Assembly (NCBI GenBank): GCA_963701965.1
Contig: OY969695.1
Coordinates: forward strand, 864,001-928,000
Direction: 5' to 3'
Length of the DNA stretch: 64,000 nucleotides
From: an uncultured Gemmatimonadales bacterium
GTDB lineage: Bacteria; Gemmatimonadota; Gemmatimonadetes; Gemmatimonadales; Gemmatimonadaceae
Positions 1 to 9,013 of the stretch are shown piece after piece. The notes beneath the pieces are model-generated. The model had not been told where the DNA came from. It saw only the letters and a program-made list of their open reading frames with translations, and ran no database searches. The first letter of the stretch is position 1. Every line of letters begins with the position of its first letter. A program made the translations under genes and the position numbers.

Positions 1-17
1 GACGAGCCGAACCTTAC

Positions 18-70
18 ATTGGGCGCCGTGGTGAACTTCTGTATCCCACGCCGCCCAATCTTCATTTTTT
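18..70 (+). promoter_or_regulatory. Hairpin plus U-tract immediately upstream of lexA (terminator- or attenuator-like)
   Basis: attgggcg-c-cgtgg (18-31) pairs with ccacg-c-cgcccaat (46-59), followed by cttcatttttt. Confidence 0.45.
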
Positions 71-80
71 CGAGGCTCGC

Positions 81-791
81 ATGGCCGAACCCCTGACTCC
101 GATCGAACGAAAAGTCTATCACTACCTCATAGACTTTCTCGCCGAGAATACCTACCAACCCAGCATCCGCGAGATCGGAAAGCGGTTTCGGATCAAGTCG
201 ACTAAGACGGTGTCCGATCTGCTGCAGTCCCTCGCCGAGAAGGGCTACATCGAACGCGACCCCTCCCGGTCGCGTGGCGTACGACTCCTCGGCTTCGCCG
301 CCGCCGGTCGCACCCAGCCCGTTCCCGTGTATGGGAAGATCCACGCTGGCGAGCCCGCCCTCGTCCCCGAACATCGCGAAGGGTATCTCACCGTCGACCG
401 GCGCTTCGTGCCCAACGATGACGTGTACTTCCTGCGCATCAAAGGCGAGAGCATGGTCGGCCGTGGCATCCACGACGGCGACTACGTCCTGGTAAACCCC
501 TCCGTGCGCGCCACCGACGGCCAGATTGTCGCCGCGCGACTCGGCGGCGAGTCGACCGTCAAGACACTCACCCACCGCGGCGCGTCGATCGTCCTCGAGC
601 CGGCGAATAGCGGCGAGCGCGAGATCGTCGTCGGCCCCCACGAAGACTTCGCCGTGCTCGGCGTGCTGTGCGGCGTGTTCCGGCCGTTCTACGACGCCGA
701 GGCCAATCCCGAGACGGCCCACCGTCGGATGCGGGAAGATGAAGACGAAGAAATGGTGGCGGGAGCAGGAGCCCCGGCCGGCGTCGCCTGA
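81..791 (+). CDS. lexA: LexA SOS repressor
   Basis: N-terminal wHTH (PSIREIG), Ala-Gly cleavage site (KIHAGEP), catalytic Ser (GESM) and Lys (TVK). Confidence 0.95.
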   Translation: MAEPLTPIERKVYHYLIDFLAENTYQPSIREIGKRFRIKSTKTVSDLLQSLAEKGYIERDPSRSRGVRLLGFAAAGRTQPVPVYGKIHAGEPALVPEHREGYLTVDRRFVPNDDVYFLRIKGESMVGRGIHDGDYVLVNPSVRATDGQIVAARLGGESTVKTLTHRGASIVLEPANSGEREIVVGPHEDFAVLGVLCGVFRPFYDAEANPETAHRRMREDEDEEMVAGAGAPAGVA

Positions 792-812
792 GGGCAACGC
801 CTCACCCGCGGC

Positions 813-1688
813 CTATGGCTGCGGGATAACGGGTTGAGAGGAAGAGCCGTCGCTCGCCAGCGTCGGCTCTTTTTCTTGCGCCGGCTTGTCGGGATGCAAC
901 TGCTGCTGCCGCTCCCGCTCCTTCCGCTGGCGCAGCTCCTTCACCGCCTGGCGGAACTGATCTTCGTTGATCGCCTGATTGGCGTGGAACTGGATGTCCT
1001 GATGCATCGCGGTCAGTTGCGCCTCGCGCATCGACGTCACCGGATTCCCCGTCACGTTCAGCGGCAATATGCCCAACAACGCCGTCGGAATCGACACGGG
1101 GCCGAGCCGGATGTACTTCGGGTCGATCCCCCACTTGTTGTCGCCCTTGCCGAACGTCCAGTCCCCCGGCGTCCGCTCTGAGCCCATCGCCATCAACGAA
1201 TCGTTGTGCGCCTTCACGGCCGCCGCGACCGCCGCGTTCATCTGCTCCGGCACCGTCTTCGGCGCCGTCACCACTGGCGCGGCACCCACCCACACGCGCT
1301 TATCGTTGTACTTCGGCGCCACGCCCTCCGTCGCGCCACCCGCGCCGACGACCGGACCCGCGCCGGCGTCGACCGGCGCCGCGGACGGCGTCGTGGGCGC
1401 CGTCGGCAGAGCGCTCGGTACCGCCTGCGGCGCCACGAGAGGCTTGGGATGCGTGTTGGTGACCCGGCGGTTGTCGCCGCCGCTCTTACCCGGATTCGTC
1501 TCGGTGCTGTTCTGCGGCACGGCCACGAACCCAATGCGCTCGACTACCGGCTGCTTCCCCTGCAACGGCCGCAACCAATTGCTGCCCGGATGCGGCATCA
1601 ACAAGAGACGCAAGATCCCCGCGCCCACCAGAATGTGCAGGACAATGGAGAGCGCAAAGGAGGCCGACGGCCGCCGCCAGTTCCGCAT
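813..1688 (-). CDS. Hypothetical membrane-anchored Pro/Ala-rich protein
   Basis: ATG at 1688 just after the upstream stop; N-terminal TM (SFALSIVLHILVGAG) then a Pro-rich linker, TonB-like layout. Confidence 0.7.
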   Translation of the reverse strand: MRNWRRPSASFALSIVLHILVGAGILRLLLMPHPGSNWLRPLQGKQPVVERIGFVAVPQNSTETNPGKSGGDNRRVTNTHPKPLVAPQAVPSALPTAPTTPSAAPVDAGAGPVVGAGGATEGVAPKYNDKRVWVGAAPVVTAPKTVPEQMNAAVAAAVKAHNDSLMAMGSERTPGDWTFGKGDNKWGIDPKYIRLGPVSIPTALLGILPLNVTGNPVTSMREAQLTAMHQDIQFHANQAINEDQFRQAVKELRQRKERERQQQLHPDKPAQEKEPTLASDGSSSQPVIPQP

Positions 1689-1692
1689 ACGG

Positions 1693-2877
1693 CTACGCAG
1701 CACGCGCCTCGAATGACGCAAGCACCCGCCCGGTCCGCCGCGCCGCCTCACGAATCCGCTCCGGCGACGTGATGAACGATACGCGGAAGAATCCTTCGCC
1801 CCCCGGTCCAAACGCGGAGCCCGGCATTACGATCACGCCCTCCTCCTCCATCAACCGGTCACTGAACGCGGCGCTCGGCAATCCCTCTGGTAACGCGATC
1901 CACACGTACATTGTGGCCTGGGGCACGTCGCACGTAAGCCCCGCCGCGCGAAACGCCTCCACCGCCGCGTCCCGCCGCTCACGAAAGACCGCCACGTTGC
2001 CCGGCACGAACTGCGCCCAACTCTCGAGCGCGGCGACCCCGGCCGCCTGTACAGCCATGAACTGGCCGGTGTCGACAAAGGATTTCACCTTGGCCAACGC
2101 GCCCGCCACCTCGGGCTTGGCGACCGCCCACCCGCAGCGCCACCCGGTCATGTTGTACGTCTTCGACAACGAGTGGAACTCGATCGCCACATCGCGGGCT
2201 CCATCGATCTCGAAGATACTCGGCGGCACATACCCGTCGAACGCCAGCTCGCTGTAGGCGTTGTCGTACACCAGTAAAATGTCGAGTTCCCGACACCGCC
2301 GAACCACGTCCTCCAAATAAGACACTGGAGCGATCGCGGCCGTCGGATTATTGGGATAGTTCAAGTACAACACGCGCGTCCGCCGCAACACGTCCGGCGG
2401 AACGTCATCGAGGTCGACCAGAAACTGCGTGCGCGGGCGCAGGGCGTACGGATACTTCGTGGCGTCGCTCAAGAGCGTGCCGCCGAGATACGAGTTGTAA
2501 CCGGGCTCGGGAACGATGGCGACGTCCCCGCGGCCCAGGTAGGCCAGCGCCAGGTGCGACAGACCCTCCTTCGACCCGATCAGCGGCACCAGCTCCCTAT
2601 AGGGGTCGAAGCGCACGCCGAACCGCTGCTCCATCCACGCCGCCGCCGTTTCGCGGAACCGCGGCAACCCGAGACCGAACCCGTATCGATTGAGCGCCGG
2701 CTCGCCGACCGCCGTACGCAGCCGTTCCACGGCCGCCGCCGGCGCCGGCAGATCGGCGTCCCCCGCGCCCAGGTCGATCACATCGACCCCGCGGGCGAGG
2801 AGCTCACGCTTTCTCTGCGGAATGGTGGCCAACGGGTACTCCGGAAGCGTGACGAACCGTGCGCTGAACGGCGGCAT
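1693..2877 (-). CDS. Class I/II PLP aminotransferase (LL-diaminopimelate aminotransferase-like)
   Basis: NYPNNPT, YDNAY and SLSKTYNMTGWRCG PLP-lysine motifs. Confidence 0.9.
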   Translation of the reverse strand: MPPFSARFVTLPEYPLATIPQRKRELLARGVDVIDLGAGDADLPAPAAAVERLRTAVGEPALNRYGFGLGLPRFRETAAAWMEQRFGVRFDPYRELVPLIGSKEGLSHLALAYLGRGDVAIVPEPGYNSYLGGTLLSDATKYPYALRPRTQFLVDLDDVPPDVLRRTRVLYLNYPNNPTAAIAPVSYLEDVVRRCRELDILLVYDNAYSELAFDGYVPPSIFEIDGARDVAIEFHSLSKTYNMTGWRCGWAVAKPEVAGALAKVKSFVDTGQFMAVQAAGVAALESWAQFVPGNVAVFRERRDAAVEAFRAAGLTCDVPQATMYVWIALPEGLPSAAFSDRLMEEEGVIVMPGSAFGPGGEGFFRVSFITSPERIREAARRTGRVLASFEARAA

Positions 2878-2879
2878 AC

Positions 2880-3473
2880 TCAGGCGACGGGATTCCGCAC
2901 GCGGCTCACACCGACCACGTCCACTTCGACCACGTCGCCTGCATTCAAGCGACCGACGCCGGCCGGGGTTCCGGTGGCGATCAGGTCGCCAGATTCCAGG
3001 GTCATCACACTGGAAATGAACGCGATCAACCGCGGAATCGCAAATACCATGAGATCCGCCGTCCCGCGCTGGCGCTCGACCCCGTTGACCCGAGTGACCA
3101 CGGTAAGCGCCGACAGGTCACCGCGATATTCGTGAACGGGCCCGACCGGGCAAAACGTGTCGAACCCCTTGGCCCGCGTAAACTGGACGTCGAGCTTCTG
3201 GAGATCGCGGGCGGTCACGTCATTGATGGCGCAAATCCCGCCGATGACCGCGGCCGCATCGGACTCGGGCACGGCCTTGGCCCGGGTCCCGATCACGATG
3301 CCGATCTCGCCCTCGTATTCGACCTGTTGCGATCGCGCGGGGAGCACGATCCGGTCGCCATCGCCAATCCGCGCCGACGGCGGCTTGAGAAAGATCAAAG
3401 GCTCCGTGGGCACCTCGTTGCCCAGCTCCGCGGCGTGCGCCCGATAGTTCCGGCCGATGCAGACGATTTTCAT
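2880..3473 (-). CDS. Fumarylacetoacetate hydrolase family protein
   Basis: MKIVCIGRNY, FLKP, YEGE, NDVTARD, KGFDTF, GDLIATGTPAG; ATGA overlap with the dinG-like stop. Confidence 0.93.
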   Translation of the reverse strand: MKIVCIGRNYRAHAAELGNEVPTEPLIFLKPPSARIGDGDRIVLPARSQQVEYEGEIGIVIGTRAKAVPESDAAAVIGGICAINDVTARDLQKLDVQFTRAKGFDTFCPVGPVHEYRGDLSALTVVTRVNGVERQRGTADLMVFAIPRLIAFISSVMTLESGDLIATGTPAGVGRLNAGDVVEVDVVGVSRVRNPVA

Positions 3474-5968
3474 GGGATGGGGATGGGGGAATAAAATTCC
3501 TGCAGCGCGCTCCGCACCTGCGCCCAGGGCGCGATCAGCCGGCGGGCCGGCGGCAACGCGTCGAGCAGGACGCGACCGTAGGACTTGGTCGCCACGCGCG
3601 GGTCCGTAATGAGCACGACGCCGCGGTCCGTCGTCGAACGAATGAGCCGCCCGAAGCCTTGCTTCAACCGCAGCGAAGCGTGGGGCAGCATATACTCGGC
3701 GAACGGATCGCCGCCCCGCGCCGTGATGGCCTCGCACTGCGCGGCGGTGATCGGTTCCGTGGGCACGCGGAACGGGAGCTTGGCGATCACCAGCGCGCGC
3801 AATGCATTGCCGGGCACGTCGACGCCTTCCCAGAACGACGCCGTGCCCAGCAACACGGCGCGCCCGCACTCGCGAAACCGGTTCAACAGCACGTCGCGCG
3901 GCTCCTCGCCATGCACGAGCAACGGCCACGCCGATCCGCGTAACGACGCCGCGATGTCCCGGACGTCCCGGTGGCTCGTGCACAGCACGAACATCCCGCC
4001 ATCGGCGGCCGCGGCCAGATCCGCGGTCGCGCGGCACACGGCGGCGAAATGGCGCGCCGCGTCCACGTTCGGGGGCGGGATATCCGTGGGGACGGCGAGC
4101 AACGCCTGAGCGTCGTAGTCGAACGGCGAAGGGAACACCGCCGTCGCCGGCGGCGTAGCCAGGGCGTCGACACCGAGGCGATTGGCGAGAAACCCGAAGC
4201 CCGTGCTGCTGGTGAGCGTCGCGCTCGTCACCACGGTCGTGGTCAGCCGGCCGAACAGATCCTCTCGCAGGATGGGCGCCAGATCGAGCGGGACACTGGA
4301 GACCGCCACGTTGCGCTCCGGACGCTCGCCACCGCGCGGCGGCGCGCCGCGCAGCTCGACCCAGCGGACTCCCGGCGTGCTGTCCGGCGGCGGAATGAGC
4401 GACGACCGGAGCCCATCGGCCGCGACCTGCAAGCGGCGGCCAACGCCCCGGACCTCGTTGAACACCGGCGCCACGGCCTCGTCCGGCGCCGCCTCGCGCT
4501 CGTGCCGCTCGCGCACGATCCGCAGACTGTCGTTGAGCAACTCGATCTCCCGCAGGAGATCCGTCAGCGCCGAGCCGAGACCATCGGCCCAGATGTGATG
4601 CTGGGCAAACGCCTCGGTCAACCGGACCTGACCGCCGCCCTCGTCGGCGACGAACTGCTCCAAGAGCCCGAACACGCGCTCCGCGGTCTGCTTCGCGGCG
4701 GCGGCGGCGGGGACCAACCGCCCCTGCACCAGATCGAGCGACGCGGTGTTGAGCAGATCGCTCTTGCGGCTCAATCGCGCCACGAGGGCGGCCAGGAGAC
4801 CGCGGCCCCGGCGATCGAGACGGCCGAACAGCCGCTGCAGACCGCGCCGCGTCACGGTGGATCCCAAGTGGGCGGCCGCGGCGTCCTCGAGGTGATGGCC
4901 CTCGTCGACGACCAGCCGCGCGTAGGGCGGCAGGACGGCGGCCTCCTGCCAGTTCTGCTGCGCGCGCCGCACGGCGACGTCGGACATCAAGAGGTGATGA
5001 TTCACCACCACGATATCCGCTTGCGCCGCTTCGCGGCGTGCGCGGAAGAGAAAGCAATCGCCGAAATGCGGACACTGCATCCGCGGGCAAAGATCGGGCT
5101 CGGCGGCCACTTCATCCCACACTTCGGGGCGCGGCGGCGTAGGGAGATCGGCAAGCGAGCCATCGGCCGTGCGCTCCGCCCAGGCGGCGATCGCCCGCAG
5201 CTCGTCATCGGCCCCGCGGTCGAAGAGACTGGCGCCGCCGGCCTTCGCCTGCTCCAGGCGCGCCAGACACAGATAGTTGCGCCATCCCTTGAGCAGCGCG
5301 AACCGGACCGGCTGGTCGCCCAGCGCCCGCGCCAGGAATGGCAAATCCTTGCCGACGAGTTGCTCCTGCAGGTTGATCGTGTTGGTCGAGACGACGGTCC
5401 GCTCGGCGTTGGCGGCCGCCCAGCGCAGCGCCGGGACGAGATACGCCAGCGATTTCCCGACGCCGGTCCCCGCCTCCAGTAAGCCCACACCGCCCTCGTT
5501 GTAGAGGCGCGAGATGGACAGGACCATGTCCCGTTGACTGGCGCGATCCTCGTAGCGATTGAGCAATGACGCGACCGGTCCGTCGGGGCCCAAGGTGTCG
5601 GCGACGGCATCGGGATCCAGCGCCTTCCGCTCCACGGCCCGCGGCACTTCGACGACGACGTAGAGGGCGGTCGCCGTGTTGTCGACGATCCCGAACCCAA
5701 TGCCGCTCTGGTACACGCGGGCCGCGATGTCGAGATCGGCGTCGGACGGATCGAGACGGCCGGAGGGATGATTGTGCACCAGCATCTCGCCGCGCGCGGC
5801 GAATCCCGGCAAAGCCAGCACGCTCCCCACGTCGCCGCGGGCCACGACGCGCGCCGTGACTACGCGGGCTTCGTCGTCGATCGCGCAAGCGAAGCAGACC
5901 TCGCGCCCGCCGGCGAGCTGGATCGCCGCGCGCATCGCCGCCGCCGCGCTCGGGCTGAGACGGTTCAC
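3470..5968 (-). CDS. DinG-family Fe-S helicase with N-terminal JAB/MPN domain
   Basis: E...HNHPSG-x4-S-x2-D JAB motif; EAGTGVGKS, DEGHH, four Cys Fe-S ligands, QGFGRLIR; GTG start in a GTGA overlap. Confidence 0.9.
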   Translation of the reverse strand: MNRLSPSAAAAMRAAIQLAGGREVCFACAIDDEARVVTARVVARGDVGSVLALPGFAARGEMLVHNHPSGRLDPSDADLDIAARVYQSGIGFGIVDNTATALYVVVEVPRAVERKALDPDAVADTLGPDGPVASLLNRYEDRASQRDMVLSISRLYNEGGVGLLEAGTGVGKSLAYLVPALRWAAANAERTVVSTNTINLQEQLVGKDLPFLARALGDQPVRFALLKGWRNYLCLARLEQAKAGGASLFDRGADDELRAIAAWAERTADGSLADLPTPPRPEVWDEVAAEPDLCPRMQCPHFGDCFLFRARREAAQADIVVVNHHLLMSDVAVRRAQQNWQEAAVLPPYARLVVDEGHHLEDAAAAHLGSTVTRRGLQRLFGRLDRRGRGLLAALVARLSRKSDLLNTASLDLVQGRLVPAAAAAKQTAERVFGLLEQFVADEGGGQVRLTEAFAQHHIWADGLGSALTDLLREIELLNDSLRIVRERHEREAAPDEAVAPVFNEVRGVGRRLQVAADGLRSSLIPPPDSTPGVRWVELRGAPPRGGERPERNVAVSSVPLDLAPILREDLFGRLTTTVVTSATLTSSTGFGFLANRLGVDALATPPATAVFPSPFDYDAQALLAVPTDIPPPNVDAARHFAAVCRATADLAAAADGGMFVLCTSHRDVRDIAASLRGSAWPLLVHGEEPRDVLLNRFRECGRAVLLGTASFWEGVDVPGNALRALVIAKLPFRVPTEPITAAQCEAITARGGDPFAEYMLPHASLRLKQGFGRLIRSTTDRGVVLITDPRVATKSYGRVLLDALPPARRLIAPWAQVRSALQEFYSPIPIP

Positions 5969-7276
5969 GTCTTGAGCGGTTTCTTCTTGGCGGCGGGAAA
6001 CAGCACGTTGTTGAGGATCAACCGGTAGCCCGGCGAGTTCGGATGCAACGAGAGATCCGTCGACGGGTTTCCGATGGCGTGCTGCGGATCCTCGGGATCG
6101 TGCCCCCCCAAGAACGTCCACGATCCTTTCCCCGCGTCGCCGTGAATGTACTTGACCCACGGCGCGCCTTCCTCGTTGGCCAGCACCACGTCGGCGGACT
6201 TGAGCGTCGACTTGGCGAAGCTGGTCGTGACGCCGTAAAAATCAGGGACCACCGTGCGGTGGTTCTGCACGAGCATCGACGCCACGGGATCGAACTTGGC
6301 GGCGAACCCGAACAGCGTGAACGCGCCCAACGGCTGCTTGCGGGAAGGCACGTTGGCCTGGTGGCCGTCGATGTCGCTCATGGAGTTCACGAGCGGCGAC
6401 GTCTCCAGATGGGCGTTCTGAAACGCCAACGCCCGCGTCCAGTCCATCTTGGCGTCGGCGTCGGGATCCATCGGCGTGCCGTCGGAAAACGGTCCGTCAA
6501 TGTCGACATCATGGGACGCCAGCGCCAGGTCCAGGGTCTCCGTGGCGCCGCACATGGCGAACAAGAACCCGCCCTTCTGCACGAACTCGCGGACATTCTC
6601 GGCGACGGCCTTCTTGAGCGCCGGGACGGTGGGAAACCCGAGGCGTTTGGCGGCATCCTGGTCGCGGGTGACTTGATCCACGAACCACGGCGCGCCTCGC
6701 GAATTGATATAGAGCTTGTTGAACTGCCCCGTGAAATCCTCGTGAAACAGGTGCACCCAGTCGTACTTGGGCAGATCCCCGCCCACGACTTGCTCGTCCC
6801 ACACGTTGGTGAACGGAATCTCGGCGTACTGGAGCGCCAGCGTCACGGCGTCGTCCCACGGTGGCGACTTGGGAGGACTGTACACGGCGATCGTCGGCGC
6901 CTTCTCCAGCACAATGCTGTCCATGTTGCTGGCACTGATCTCGCCGCGCACCGACGACACGCCCCCATCGTCGAGCGGCGTGGCGCTCACGCCGGCCAGG
7001 GCCGCCCGCCGGCGCACTTCGGGGATATCGGGCAGCAGGAAGGAGCCCCCCCGATAGTTGAGGAGCCACTCGCCCTTCCCACCCGCCTTGAGCGTGTTGT
7101 AGGCGATCCCGTAGGCCTTGAGAATGATTTTGCTGATCATCGTCCATGGGGATGAGCAGCATCGGCGCCTGGATCGGCACGCGCAGCGCCGGCCACCCAA
7201 AGGAGGGGTTCCGGCCCGTCACGCGGGCCAGTGCCGCCGAGGCGGCGCCCGCCAACAATTCCCGTCGCGTCAGCAT
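5965..7276 (-). CDS. Exported class I glutamine-amidotransferase-like protein (the family often mislabelled asparagine synthetase B); frameshift near 7123
   Basis: LLIPMD..QQNH/LKAYG joins after removing one base at GAATG 7122-7126; HEDFTGQF, FLFAMC, GGHDPED; TRRELL Tat-like leader. Confidence 0.75.
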
Positions 7277-7288
7277 CCCGGACGAAAT

Positions 7289-9013
7289 CTACGAGGTCGC
7301 CGAGCCCCGTGCGGCTTCCAGCGCGCGCCGCGCTTGGGGCACCAGCGCGCTCGCGGGATACGTCAGGATGAGATGCTCCCACCGCGCCTGCGCGCCGGCG
7401 ACATCGTGATTCCGTGCCAGCGCGCGTCCCCACTCCAGGTCGGCCTCGGGCGCTTCGGGCGCGTCGGCATATTGCTCCACCACCGAGCGCCAGATCGGCA
7501 CCGCGAGTGCATCCTGATGGCGCGCGGTGTAGAGGCGCGCGGCGAACGCCAGCATGAGCGGCGCGGCATCGCGCACGACATCGCCCGCGGCCACGAACTG
7601 CTTGGCGGCCGACGTGCTGTCGCCGGTGGCCAACGCCACGAACGCTTGCCCGACCGACGGCGCGCTATCGGCGTGCGTCCGCGCCAGGAGGGCGAGCGCG
7701 GTCACGAGATCCGTCGATGGCGCGTCGGCCTGCCGGAGCGCCGTGCGCGCCGTGCGCAGGTCGCCAGCGTAGAGCGCGAGCCATCCGGCAAGCTCGCGGT
7801 CGTCGCCGAGACCGGACGCGGCCACGGCTTCGCGGGCCCGGGTGATGTTGCCCGACCGCACGTATCCCCAGGCCACGTCGCGCGACAGACGGGCGTGCGC
7901 CGAGTCGTCGAGATAGCGGCTATAGGCGCGGACGCTGCGGTCGGCGTCGTCGGCCCGCCCCAACACCGCCAACGCCCGCACGCGCAACGGCAGGAGCGTG
8001 CGGGCCGCGGTCGCCGAATCGACACCGGTCGCCACGGCGCGGTCGGTCAGCGCCAGTGCCGCGGCACCATCGCCGGCGCGGAGTGCCGCTTCGCCCGCCC
8101 GCGCCGCCAGTCGGGCCGTCGCCGGCGGCGGTCCATGCGAGGCATTCAGCACGGCCGTGAACGCGTCGCGAGCGGCGCGCCACTCGCCGGCGGCGTCGGC
8201 GGCGTCGCCGAACTCGTCCCAGGCGTTGAGGGTCGCGGAGTCCGGGTGGAGCGGCGCGAGCGCCTGCCACGCGTCGTGGGCGTCGCCCCAGGCCAGCGCC
8301 AGTGTGCCGTACGCGCGCCGGCTCCCGAGGGTCATCGGAGCACTCAGGAGCGCGGCTCCGACCTGGGCGCGCAATGCGGCGGGCGTCGGCCGGAGGGCGT
8401 AGGCGGCGCTCGGCGCCAGATCGGGCACGCTGTCGACCGCCGTGCGCCAGGCGCGGGCCGAAGCGTCCCACATGCCGAGCGTGGCGCGCAGCTGCGCGGT
8501 CTCGACGAGGAACTCGCGCCCGCTGCCGAACGTGCGCTGGGCGCGTTCCAGGACCGAGTCGGCGGCTTGGGGACGGCCTTCCTCCAGCAGAATGCGCGCG
8601 TAGTCGCGATAGGGCGTGGGATCACGCGGCGCGTCGCGCACCCAGCGCTCGAACGCGGCGCGCTCGTCGTCGGGACGACTCAGCATCCGGAGGGCCCGGA
8701 GCTGAACGGAACGGAACACGGCCTCGCGGGGACGCGCCGCGATCACCGTGTCCAGCAGCGGCAGCAGGGAGTCCGTGTGACTCAGCTCGGCGTAGACGCG
8801 CTCCAGCCCCAGCACGGCGGCCACCGTGTTGTTGCCCACGTGTAGCGCATTGCGATATGCCGCGGCCGCATCGGCCCAGTCGCCGCGCTGCTCGGCGTCG
8901 TAGGCCGCGGAGAGCGGCGACACATCCTGCGCGAGGGCCCGGGCCCCGGTCGCGACCAGCGCGACCCAGACCAGAACGGCGCGGCCCGCGACCCTAGGGC
9001 TGCTGCTGCGCAT
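7289..9013 (-). CDS. Exported tetratricopeptide repeat protein
   Basis: Signal peptide ending ALA-Q; Ala-rich helical repeats; C-terminal YPASALVPQAR TPR end. Confidence 0.8.
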   Translation of the reverse strand: MRSSSPRVAGRAVLVWVALVATGARALAQDVSPLSAAYDAEQRGDWADAAAAYRNALHVGNNTVAAVLGLERVYAELSHTDSLLPLLDTVIAARPREAVFRSVQLRALRMLSRPDDERAAFERWVRDAPRDPTPYRDYARILLEEGRPQAADSVLERAQRTFGSGREFLVETAQLRATLGMWDASARAWRTAVDSVPDLAPSAAYALRPTPAALRAQVGAALLSAPMTLGSRRAYGTLALAWGDAHDAWQALAPLHPDSATLNAWDEFGDAADAAGEWRAARDAFTAVLNASHGPPPATARLAARAGEAALRAGDGAAALALTDRAVATGVDSATAARTLLPLRVRALAVLGRADDADRSVRAYSRYLDDSAHARLSRDVAWGYVRSGNITRAREAVAASGLGDDRELAGWLALYAGDLRTARTALRQADAPSTDLVTALALLARTHADSAPSVGQAFVALATGDSTSAAKQFVAAGDVVRDAAPLMLAFAARLYTARHQDALAVPIWRSVVEQYADAPEAPEADLEWGRALARNHDVAGAQARWEHLILTYPASALVPQARRALEAARGSATS

